From Heteronotia binoei (Eukaryota), in contig NC_083233.1 of NCBI RefSeq assembly GCF_032191835.1, positions 31,682,001-31,746,000 on the forward strand: a stretch of DNA of 64,000 nucleotides, in the 5' to 3' direction. The translations under genes and the position numbers were made by a program. Positions 12,401-23,118 of the stretch are shown here, one piece after another. The notes beneath the pieces are model-generated. The model was not told where the DNA came from and searched no databases. It saw only the letters and a list, made by a program, of their open reading frames with translations. Position 1 is the stretch's first letter. Each line of letters begins with the position of its first letter.

Positions 12401-13285
12401 TTGTAAATATGAATGATCCTCCTGTTTAAGATAATGAAATTTCTTGAAGCAGGCAGTGGTGTATCTACTCCTAAAATATCCTACTGTGGACCGAGGAGTT
12501 AATAAGTACCATCCAGTCCATGCTTAAAAAACAAATCTTCAGATTAGAACTGTACACTTCTAAAATTTCATGAGTACATCATCAGTATATTTAAAATCGT
12601 AATAACTATGCTGAACTATAGAGCTCAATGTGGTGCATTACTAGGAGACGCCTTGAATCTAACCTTTCTAGCTGCAAGTGTAAAAAAGCGCTACTTTGCA
12701 TGAGACCAAGGAGTTCATATCCGACAGTAAAAATATATATATATCAACTTTTCATTGTCAGTTAAGTTGTGTACTTGGCTTAAAATTCCAGGTGGGAAAT
12801 TCCCAAAATGACCAGTTAGTAGCAACACACTGAAAGACAAACACAAGATAAATCCCTCCAAGAGTCAGGTAGGCTTGTGAGACACATGTGTTGCCAGGCA
12901 GAGATTTGGGACAACTGCTGAGTGCTTGGAAGCCTTGAAGGGCCAAAACAGAATGGGTCTCAGGGGTCATATTCTTGTCCAGTGAGGCTCCACAAAAATA
13001 TGCCACTTATTTGTCTTTTCTAGGGTGGCCAGACCGTCCTGGGTGCCTGGGAATGTCCCGGTTCTGGCCCCCTATTCCCGCCTCCCGGGCTGGCTATACC
13101 GGGACCATTTAGAGGTCCCGGTTTAGCCAGCCCTGGAGGCGGTGGGCCGCGGGAGCCGGCGGGGAAGGCGGCGAGTGAGGGAGCATCCCTGCGCGTGCGC
13201 AGGGCCCCTGCACACGCGCAGGAACGCTCCCTCCCTCCCTCGCCGCCTTCCCCGCCCGCACGCGGGGCCCGGCGGCGGTGGCAGA

Positions 13286-13975
13286 GGCCTCTCCGCGGCC
13301 TCAGCTGGTCGCTGGAAGCCCTCCAGAGACTCTGGAGGGCCTCCAGCGACCAGCGGAGGCCGCGGAGCAGCCGGCGCTGGTCCCGGAAGGCCTTCCAGAG
13401 ACTCTGGAGGGCCTTCCGGGACCAGCGCCGACCAGCGAAGGCCTCTCCGCGGCCTCCGCTGGTCGCTGGAGGCCCTCCAGAGACTCTGGAGGGTCTCCAG
13501 CAACCAGCGGAGGCCGCGGAGCAGCCGGCGCTGGTCCCGGAAGGCCTTCCAGAGACTCTGGAGGGCCTTCCGGGACCAGTGCCGACCAGCGAAGGCCTCT
13601 CCGCGGCCTCCGCTGGTCGCTGGAGGCCCTCCACTCTGGAGGGTCTCCAGCGACCAGCGGAGGCCGCGGAGAGGCCGCGGAGCAGCCAGCGCTGGTCCCG
13701 GAAGGCCTTCCAGAGACTCTGGAGGGCCTTCCGGGACCAGCGCCGACCAGCGAAGGCCTCTCCGCGGCCTCCGCTGGTCGCTGGAGGCCCTCCAGAGACT
13801 CTGGAGGGTCTCCAGCGACCAGCGGAGGCCGCGGAGAGGCCGCGGAGCAGCCGGCGCTGGTCCCGGAAGGCCTTCCAGAGACTCTGGAGGGCCTCCAGCG
13901 ACCAGCGCCGACCCGCGGAGGCCGCGGAGAGGCCGGCGCTGGTCGCTGGAGGTCCTCCAGAGACCAGCGGAGGCC
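13286..13975. repeat. GC-rich ~154-bp minisatellite made of two alternating palindromes
   Basis: Unit starts at 13286, 13440, 13594 and 13755. Each unit has two inverted repeats centred on CCAGAG-A-CTCTGG. Confidence 0.92.
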
Positions 13976-14100
13976 CTCCCCGGCCTCCGCAGCCACCGCC
14001 AGCCTCGCCAGCAGCACCAGCCGCCGGGAAGAGAGGCCGTCACCCGCCCTGGAAGAAGGTAAGCAGGGAGGGTGGGGGCCGAAAGCGGGGGGGGGGCTGG

Positions 14101-14531
14101 NNNNNNNNNNNNNNNNNNNNNNNNNNNNNNNNNNNNNNNNNNNNNNNNNNNNNNNNNNNNNNNNNNNNNNNNNNNNNNNNNNNNNNNNNNNNNNNNNNNN
14201 NNNNNNNNNNNNNNNNNNNNNNNNNNNNNNNNNNNNNNNNNNNNNNNNNNNNNNNNNNNNNNNNNNNNNNNNNNNNNNNNNNNNNNNNNNNNNNNNNNNN
14301 NNNNNNNNNNNNNNNNNNNNNNNNNNNNNNNNNNNNNNNNNNNNNNNNNNNNNNNNNNNNNNNNNNNNNNNNNNNNNNNNNNNNNNNNNNNNNNNNNNNN
14401 NNNNNNNNNNNNNNNNNNNNNNNNNNNNNNNNNNNNNNNNNNNNNNNNNNNNNNNNNNNNNNNNNNNNNNNNNNNNNNNNNNNNNNNNNNNNNNNNNNNN
14501 NNNNNNNNNNNNNNNNNNNNNNNNNNNNNNN
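14101..14531. other. Assembly gap (431 N)
   Basis: Run of N, flanked by two different tandem arrays. Confidence 1.
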
Positions 14532-14997
14532 ACACAGAGTGTTGGACTGAATGGGCCACTGGCCTGATCCAACAGGGCTTCTCTTATGTTCTTATGTGAC
14601 ACAGAGTGTTGGACTGGATGGGCCACTGGCCTGATCCAACAGGGCTTCTCTTATGTTCTTATGTGATGCAGAGTGTTGGACTTGATGGGCCACTGGCCTG
14701 ATCCAACAGGGCTTCTCTTATGTTCTTATGTGACGCAGAGTGTTGGACTGGATGGGCCATTGGCCTGATCCAACAGGGCTTCTCTTATGTTCTTATGTGA
14801 CGCAGAGTGTTGGACTGGATGGGCCACTGGCCTGATCCAACAGGGCTTCTCTTATGTTCTTATGTGACTCAGAGTGTTGGACTGGATGGGCCACTGGCCT
14901 GATCCAACAGGGCTTCTCTTATGTTCTTATGTGATGCAGAGTGTTGGACTGGATGGGCCATTGGCCTGATCCAACATGGCTTCTCTTATGTTCTTAT
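14532..14997 (+). repeat. Tandem array of the 67-bp CR1 3' terminus (at least 7 copies)
   Basis: Unit GTGACACAGAGTGTTGGACTGGATGGGCCACTGGCCTGATCCAACAGGGCTTCTCTTATGTTCTTAT starts at 14596, 14663, 14730, 14797, 14864 and 14931, with a first copy cut by the gap. It matches the CR1 ends at ~3407-3476 and ~46122-46185. Confidence 0.95.
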
Positions 14998-15000
14998 GTG

Positions 15001-15060
15001 ACAATAATGACTTTGGTGGACCCAAGCACTGATTCAGTGTAAGGGAGCTTTGTGTTTGTG
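15001..15060 (+). mobile_element. 3' fragment of Squam2-like SINE abutting the CR1 array
   Basis: ACAATAATGACTTTGGTGGACC...CTGATTCAGTGTAAGGGAGCTT resembles the 3' part of the SINE at 4967-5010. Confidence 0.5.
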
Positions 15061-15669
15061 TCTTCTGGTGCAATTTTGTTCTCAGATCCTGTATTTACTT
15101 CATCAGTATATGGGATAAGGCACTTTCTCAACTGTGCTGCATAATGCAGCCTATTTATTTTGTCCTGTTTGCTCTGTTGGGTCTATCTGCGCCACCTTCA
15201 TCACTTTCGGGGTGTGGATCCCCCAGTGGGGTGGTCTCCCGACTCCCTCCGCCGGCTGTTTCTGATAGCCCTGCGCCCCCTCTTTCATTTGATATGTGTC
15301 CCGTGCGGGTGCCACCCTCCCGCCGGGAGATGCCGCAAAATGAGCCCCCTTGAGGCTTATGGCAGCAGGGCTCGGGGGAAGCGAGCTAGACTGCTGTTCT
15401 TTTGAGGGGTTATAGAGTGTTTCGAGCCCGTCCCTGTGGCATCAGTCCCATCGTTGTAGGGCCCAGGGGGCCGGCGCAGCGGCCCGCTGAAGCAGCCTGT
15501 CGGTCACTTCCGGGTTCCTGTCCTGCATCTCGACCTGTGTTATTAGTGACAGGCTGCTTCGGCATTATGCAGCACAGTTGAGAAAGTGCCTTATCCCATA
15601 TACTGATGATGTATATACAGGATTTGAGAAAAAAATTGTTTCCGGCGGTGATATTTGGGGGATTTTTGG

Positions 15670-15930
15670 GGACGTCACAGGAAGTGCTGTGAAGTCACTT
15701 CCTGTTTCCGGCAGTGGCATTTGGGGGAAATGATGTCATTTGGGGGAAGTGATGTCAGAGGAAGTGATGTCACTTCCCGTTTCCGGCAGGTGACGCGGGG
15801 AAATGATGTCACAGGAAGTGGTGTCACTTCCTGTTTCCGGCGGTGGCATGACGTCACCGGAAGTGACGTCACTTCCTGTATCCGGCGGTGGCATGACGTC
15901 ACCGGAAGTGACGTCACTTCCTGTTTCCGG
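15670..15930. repeat. Degenerate ~45-bp repeat built on the palindrome GGAAGTGACGTCACTTCC (ETS/CRE motif cluster)
   Basis: Perfect TGACGTCA at 15849, 15864, 15894 and 15909. CCGGAAGTGACGTCAC at 15857 and 15902. Decayed TGATGTCA versions lie upstream. Confidence 0.85.
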
Positions 15931-17033
15931 CGCCACACGCGCTTTGCGCGCGCACCCCTGCCTCCCCCCTTCCCCCCAAGGTGTCCCTGGCTGGCCTTCA
16001 GACATTATGGTCACCCTATTTGAAACCCTACTCTTGTGTTCTCTATGACTGATAGCAGATGGCCAGTTGGGGTCGGCCTCAAGCCGTCCCAAAGACAGCC
16101 CCCTGGAAATGGAGTGCCCTGGAGCTTCTGGATAGTGCTCAGAAAAGGGGCAGGCTGTGGGTGCCCAGGGAGCATCTGGAATGCTCTTGTGTCCTGTCCA
16201 TGGCTCTCTATGTGCCTCCCGGCTTTCCAGACGGTCCAGGAGGTGCCTCAGAAGCAAAGAGGTACCACTTTGTAAGCGGTGCCTTTTTGAGCCAGCTCCC
16301 GGCAAGCCTGGGACAGGACAGGGGTGGGAGGGGGATGGCAGGCAGATGTGAATGCTTGGACATGCTTTTTTCCATCTGCCTGCCTCCTGTCCCCCAAGCG
16401 GCTTTAAATGCCCATCTGGTATCACCCTATATGCCCTTTTATAGTGCCCCATTCACTACAGTAGGCCTCCTGATCTCATGTATATCTATCAATCAGAAAA
16501 TGTTCTTGTCTCTTTAAACATGAATGTACACCTTAGTGCAATAAACTAAGCAGGGAAGATTCAGTGTTCAAAAATCAAATTTACCTTCTTCGCAATGCTT
16601 GTTTTCTGTTGAATTGAACATCTCATATGGTTACATTGATGACTTGCTTGCAATTCAAAATTGACAGCAGTTCAATAACTTTTCCCGTTGCTTAATGGTT
16701 GCAATCAGCATGGAACCATGCACAAGTTATTGGTGAAGCCATACACAATGTATTAGTTTGTTTGGACTGTATATTATGGATGCTGTGAATTCATCAGAAA
16801 TCTGTTCAACAGTTGAATATACCATGTTCTAAGGAGTCTATCAGATGTGATTCAATCACCCAGCCCATTTGGTTCTTGCCAAAGCAAATGTGAATGCCTG
16901 TTGAACACGTCACTATTGGTTTCTCACAGAAATGTGCATGTGTGGAGAGGCTGCTCACTCAAACCAATCAGTATCCATTAACATGGCTAGGCTACTTAAA
17001 CAAGCCCCAAAAGAGTAGGATTTAGTAAAATAC

Positions 17034-17445
17034 AGGTCTTGAATTCAGCAGGAGCTCACAGGAGTGCAGCTCCTGAACCTTTCTGAGGGTTCCCCCTCCT
17101 CCTCCCCACCTACTTACCTTGTCCATTGAATAGTAGGTGCAGCTGCATAACAATCCCAGCCAGCCACCATGAGCTTTGCTACACCCCCAGCTGCCCTCAT
17201 TAACCCCTGGAGAAGCCCATGTCACCCTTTATTTACTTGTTGTGTGATTTTGGATGGCAGGTGACTTGCTGGCATTTTGACTGGGGGGGGGGGCAGCCAA
17301 GGAGAGCCCCTCCTGAGTGAGACCTGCTTGGGCTGGCTAGATCTCTCCTTTCTGGCATTGGGTTTCTTTGGGCTAGTGGGGGAGCATATGCTGATGTGTT
17401 ATGCTAATGAGCTCCACCACCTATTTTTCTACAAAATGACCCCTG
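17034..17445. mobile_element. hAT-like non-autonomous element (CAGG-type TIR)
   Basis: Begins CAGGTCTTGAATT and ends AAAATGACCCCTG. The internal ATGCTAATGAGCTCC motif resembles the fragments at 55422-55539 and ~55880-55932. Confidence 0.45.
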
Positions 17446-18176
17446 GTAAAATACAACAGTTACTTATGACTGACTGATTTATATGATTTGTGACTGATTT
17501 AACTGTTTAAACAATAGCCTACTGAGAAGAGAAGTTGACGTACAGTAGGGCAAGGGCTGTAGCAATGAGACTGGTGTGAGAAAACGCATATGCAAGAAGC
17601 TGATTTGTCTATACTACATGATTAGGAAGGAGTACAGTGAAGCAGTCCACTGAGCAATCCCAAATAGGTCAACAACATTGCTTTATGAAGTTCAGTACTG
17701 TCTACACAGAGGAGCAGATCTGTGAAGACACATACAGTCCATAAAACTATTTAGCATCGACATTAAGACTTTATGGGCACCTTTTATGGTGTTCATCCAT
17801 CTGTCTGTGGTATCCATCATGCTAGCTCATAGGCAGATGTCAATCCAATAGTCATATGCAGAACTTACAATTCCCAGGCAGAAGTGCAAAAATATGTAAA
17901 TCTTTTAATGCAAAGAAATGGCCATCTTTGGCTTTGGGAGTCTAGTAGCAAAACAAAATGAACAAGACTGAAACTGAAGGTTTGGGGGGGATTCCCCCCC
18001 CCCAAGGCCTTTTTAATTTTTCCAGTGGAAAAACTAGAAATTTTGGGATGTAATGGGGGAGAAAACCCCTCCTATAAGATATTTTATCTTTTAGAACAAG
18101 TGAAATGTTTTTAAAGACAAGGTGGCCATGCTGTAGACATATACAGCTCTTTAAGCCAAGACACATTTCTGCACTG

Positions 18177-19138
18177 TAGGGATGGGAACTAGGAAAATGC
18201 AGTTCAGTTCATGGCATACTCATGAACTGTCACATACACAAGCTGTCACAAACTAAAAAGGTTTCATACAAACTGAATGGGTTCACGAAGTCCATGATGT
18301 GGTGTATCTGGCATGCAAGATACACCAAAATCACAGGGGATCTCTGGCTGACTTTCCTCTACCTACCTTTTGAGTTTGGTGACTATTGGATTAACAGGGT
18401 CTGAGTTACAGCCCCCCAAAGAAGGTGCAGGTTCAGGTGTGTACAGAATAGAACTTGTGCAAGCCTTTGACACCAAACTTTCCAGGAACCTCAGGCTGGT
18501 AACAAAACTCTATCCAGCAAAGATTGGTTTATCTCTTGTCTCTAGTTGATTGCTAACAGAAGTCTTTTATGTTCTGAATTCACATCACAAAGCTATTATT
18601 ACTGCAGAGGTTCTCAGGGGCCTTGATTCTGTTCTGCTGGGTTTCCATTGCTCTTGCTTTTTTGATGCCCCCCCTCCATTAGAAACAATGGAGGATGGGG
18701 CACCTTCTTTGGGGGACTATAACTCAGGCCTTGCAAAACCATTCTGCATGTAACTTGGAGGTCATGTAGAGGAATAACCAATAGTCACCGAACTCAGAAG
18801 GCAGGTAGAGGAAAGTCAGCCAAGAAAATGGGAAGAGAACTCAAGTTACAGTCAGGAAACCAACAGAAACCCAAAACACAGAGGGGAAAAAAATAACCCC
18901 ACCCACATTGTTGCTTTTAAGTTCCTCCCTTTTGTTGCCTTGAATTTTTGTTAACAGTTTAATTGATCAGCGACAGTTTGTTGGGAAATGAATCCATCCA
19001 CAAACCACCATGAACCACTGTGAACAGCACCAAAGTTCATGGATTGTTTGTACTGGGCACTTCTGAGAACATTTCTTCACAAACGGCCCAAATTTTGTGG
19101 CAAAGTTTACTATGTGAATCAGTTTGTGTTCATCCCGA
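18177..19138. mobile_element. Old palindromic hAT-like element (TAGGGATG-type TIR)
   Basis: Ends TAGGGATGGGAAC / GTGTTCATCCCGA. Internal inverted arms 18346-18429 and 18700-18821. Related to 37010-38007. Confidence 0.55.
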
Positions 19139-19546
19139 TTTAGGAGACATAGGCCAATTCTGCACTAGACTTTTACAAGTTTATGATCCTATATGAGGGG
19201 AACATGCAGGGCTTTCATTAATCTTAATGTTTTAATGTGGGGTACAGGGGGTGAACAGATGGTCTAGGAGGACAGCTATGGCAAAATCATGTGTGAAACA
19301 GTGCAGAAAGCATTTGCAATCCAGACCCAAACAAGGGGTCAAACAAACTAATTAGGCAAAGCCGTGCAGCTCTGCATGGAGAGAAAAAATAACGAAAATG
19401 CTTCTTGTTTTGTTTTTACGCAAAAATGAAGAATAAGGAATGGGGAAAGCAGAATGAGACTGCACATTTATTTATTTTGAATATGCTTATCCTACTTTTC
19501 TGCTGTAAATTAAAGCCCACAGTGGCTTACAAAAAATAACCCCTTC

Positions 19547-19894
19547 GAAATACTTCAACATAAGTCCCTATGGTGCCAATGCTCGACAGGGGAGACTGTT
19601 CCACCAAGGGCTGAGTTCTTCCAGCTGCTCAGCCCCACCCCTTGCCAACCCAGGTCCCAAAAAGAGCTGGGACCTGAGGTTGCCTGTGCTGCTGCTGCCG
19701 GGGGGGAACTATTTCATTAGGGGCTGAGTACTTCCTGCTGTTCAGCCCCACCTCCTTGCTGCTCTTTCTGTATTATGATTTTGGGACCTGTGTTGGCAAG
19801 GGGTGGGGCTGAGCAGCTGGAAGAACTCAGCCCTTGGTGGAACAGTCTCCCCTGTCAAGCATTGGCACCATAGGGACTTATGTTGAAGTATTTC
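19547..19894. repeat. Near-perfect long inverted repeat (116-bp arms, 116-bp spacer)
   Basis: 19547-19662 is the reverse complement of 19779-19894 with 2 mismatches. Confidence 0.95.
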
Positions 19895-20360
19895 AAACAC
19901 ACAACTGAATATGGTTTCATTGTTCGAGAGCGTTGCTCACTTTTTGCAATGACATTTGAATAGCCAGAGGAGTGCCGGGGCAGTCTTAGCCAATGGGCAA
20001 CCAGGGCAGCAGTCCAGGGTCCTGAATTGTGGAGGGTCACTCCTTCTCATGGCCCCACCACTTTGGATAGAGGAAGGAGAAGAAGTAGAGCAGGCTCCTG
20101 ATGCTGCTCATGCCATCCTGTTGGCAGCACATATACTAAAACCAGAATGATACTGAGAAGATTAGCAAGACCCTGTGCATGCCATCCTATCCTGGATGTG
20201 GGCAGCCAGCTCAACATGGCCTGCGCCAGTCAGGGCTTGGTTGCCCAGCTCACTACAGTTGCCACTCATGATCTGCAGTTCCAACAGCTGGTTCATTATG
20301 GCAGCCACTGGCACCCACTCCATCTGTGGCTCAGGCAGTTAGCTCAGCCTGGTGGGCACT

Positions 20361-20630
20361 GGAGAGTGCGGTTAAGTTCGCAGACTCTTATCTTGGAGAA
20401 CATGGTTTGATTCCCCACTCCTCCACTTTCAGCTGCTGGAATAGCCTTGGGTCAGCCATAGCTCTCGCAGAGCTGTCTTTGAAAGGGCAGCTGCTGTGAG
20501 AGCTCTCTCAGCCCCACCCACCTCACAGAGTGTCTGTTGGGGGGGAGGAAGATATAAGAGATTGTAAGCAGCTCTGAGTCTCTGATTCAGAGAGAAGGGT
20601 GGAGTATAAATCTGCAGCCTTCTTCTTCTC
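20361..20630 (+). mobile_element. Squam3-like (MIR/Ther1-derived) SINE, head partly deleted
   Basis: GGTTTGATTCCCCACTCCTCC B-box, GCCTTGGGTCAGCCATAGC core, L2-type tail with (TTC)n. Confidence 0.85.
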
Positions 20631-22269
20631 ATGCCACATGCAGCAACAGCTGCTCTTTGCATGGCCCTAGAGGAGAGGAGAACAGCAGTAATTCTGGGGC
20701 TCCATCCTGGACCATGGGGGTGACTGAGCACCCTGGTCTTAATAATAGAAAAGAGGCTTGCTAAAACGGCCTTCATTGGAAGGGCGACTCTGTCCAGCCA
20801 CCTTAAATGTAGCACTCTGTGAAATAAGCACTCCTTTTTGACATCTCTTTGAATATTGGCGGGTCAGAGTGCCCCCCCCCCTTGCCCAATTGTGTCATCA
20901 TCACCTGGAGGCTGCAGATCAATCAAGTCAGTACATTTCTGAACTGTGAATCCCACTAAGATGAAAATCACAAAAAGAGATCCTTTTGAATACATTCCTA
21001 GTGACAGATGTAAATTTTATGTAAATTTTATGGATTTGGAACAATCTTAGGGAGTAAAACAAATAGGCCTGATAACAAAACTCTATCCAGCAAAGATTGG
21101 TTTATCTCTTGTCTAAAGTTGATTGCTAATAGAAGTCTTTTATGTTCTGAATTCACATCACAAAGCTATTATTTCGACAGGTCCTGCATGAAATACATTC
21201 CAAATATTTTTGTTCCTTAAAGAAAGTAACTTACAAGGTAAGAGGTATGTGTGAGTGTGTTGGGTGTGTGGGGGGAGAGATTTATCCTTTGACATGCTTA
21301 TAAGTTTCAGACCTATCAAAAGGGGGAGAAACAACAACTTTTATCTGATTTCAAATTGTGTTGGCTGTCAGTCTCTTTTACAATTTTTTTTTCCCTAGTA
21401 TATTTCCCTGTCAGCACACATATTTGAGAGCTGGGAAGAACATAAAAGAATTTCAGACATTTTAGGGTTTACACAACAGTGCAGTGCAAAGAAGGAAAAA
21501 ACCAAGCCTTCCCCCCCCCACCACCTCTCTTGTTTATTATGTGTTTGGAAAGAGCAACTTGCTCTAGCTTTTATCTCTCTGAAATAATGTGGTTGTCAAA
21601 TAAAAATAAATAAATCAGTAGAATCCTGGCAGATCTGCCTGTGGGTCCAATTAGTCCAGCATCCTGTTTCCAACACTGGACAGCCAGATCCTTCCAGGAA
21701 GTCCGCATGCGGGTACAAATGCAGTCGCCCTCTGCTACTGTTTCTTCTTCTGGTTGGGAAGGCTCTATTTAGCTATCACTGCTAATCAGTGTTACTGCAG
21801 TAATCACTTAATGTGATGACTACTGCAGTGTCAACTAAAGAATCATCCTCATGCAGACCTAGTAGGTGGGATAGTCATGCTGAGCAAGGCCATTTGGGGC
21901 AAGCGGTTAATCTTAACAAATGCATCCGCTACTCTTCAATCAGCAATGCCGCTTTGATATTTTTTTTCTCCTTAGGACTGAAGAAGCGTTTGGCCAGTCA
22001 AATAAAGGATCATTTCATGATCAAATGCAGCCCATAGGAATTCAGTTGCTGCTCATGCCCAGTTTGGTTTGACTTGAAAAGCTCAAGGGTGGGATGGAAC
22101 ACAAAGGAACAGTGGTATGTTTCAAATGCTGATGCAACGCTGATGCAGGTATAGAGAGATGGTTTCTGCATGATCAGAAGGAGGAACATGACAGCTGAGG
22201 ACTGATCAACACATAGAATGAGCTTCAAACTGGTGAGATGGCACAGTGGACTTTCAGCTGGTAGGCCAC

Positions 22270-22338
22270 TGTGTTAAAACAGGATACTGGATTAGATGGC
22301 CTGCTGGTCTGATCCAGCAGGAACCTGCTTATGTTCTT
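22270..22338 (+). mobile_element. Old CR1 3' terminal fragment
   Basis: GGATACTGGATTAGATGGCC...CTGATCCAGCAGG...CTTATGTTCTT. Confidence 0.6.
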
Positions 22339-23034
22339 CTGCTGAGGTCATATAGTGGACTTGCTGAATTGTTCAACAGATCAGTTTGAGCTGTAGGTGG
22401 GATATCTCTAAGAAAACTCTTTGCAGAAAAGAAAAACCAGCACAGTGGGTATGGAGGTGTCCTATAGTGAAGATGGAAAGCAGAGCTTTACCCTCCCAAA
22501 CCTACCGACTGAAATGGACTTAGAACAGTGTGACTCAGTTCCACTGCTAGAATCTTTCACTCTAGTGTATTAGATTTTATTTGTAATTTTCAGGTCATTC
22601 TTGTAAGAGAGACCATACAAGATTGTGATTCCACTCCCCCCGCCCCGGACATTTTCATTCAGTTGGACAGTCTGTTCTATACCCTTGTGTTCTATCACTT
22701 AATTATACTGCCCGTGTAGACCCTACAAGATAGTACACACTGAATCACTAAAAAATATTGGGTTGGGTCCAATGAAACACTTCTGCAAACTGCACTGTTC
22801 CTTAATTCTTTGCTTAATATGAGAATGTCTAAAATTAATTCCGGAATTGGGCCATGCACAGTTTGCCACAGTTCCTTCTGTTCATTTACTTCTTCCTTCC
22901 CCTCTGCATTAAAACTAGGTGCATGTGCATCAATAATAAAACATTGCATATGACTGCATCAAGGCTGCTTGTTTGCAGTGTTTTACCCATGCATACTAGT
23001 GGATGTGTGCATCAGTAAAACACCATAATCAATA

Positions 23035-23118
23035 GGACAAAGTCCAGTGGCACCTTTAAGACCAACCAAGTTATGTTCAGAATGTAAGCTTTTATATGCA
23101 TGTATACTTCATCAGACA
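23035..23118 (-). mobile_element. Penelope-like element end with decayed hammerhead core
   Basis: Minus strand reads CTGATGA-AGTATACATGCATAT-AAAA-GCTT...TTGGTCTTAAAGGTGCCACTGGACT. Confidence 0.6.

Larger units (their letters stand above)
13021..16018. mobile_element. Putative non-autonomous hAT/Blackjack-like composite (possibly two element ends separated by the gap)
   Basis: TIR-like ends TAGGGTGGCCA (13021-13031) and TGGTCACCCTA (16008-16018). No 8-bp TSD (GTCTTTTC vs TTTGAAAC). No transposase visible. Confidence 0.55.

Noticed and set aside
13020-14626. Six long overlapping ORFs (175-478 aa) on both strands
   Set aside because: They arise from a very GC-rich palindromic repeat lacking stops and from reading through N bases. 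The translations are low-complexity with no domain motif.
14532-14997. Regular 67-bp periodic array that superficially resembles CRISPR
   Set aside because: No unique spacers; the whole unit is the CR1 3' end; eukaryotic context with no cas genes.
21976-22114. Strong acceptor (TTTTTTTCTCCTTAG) with downstream GTATGT donor
   Set aside because: All three frames contain stops before the donor.
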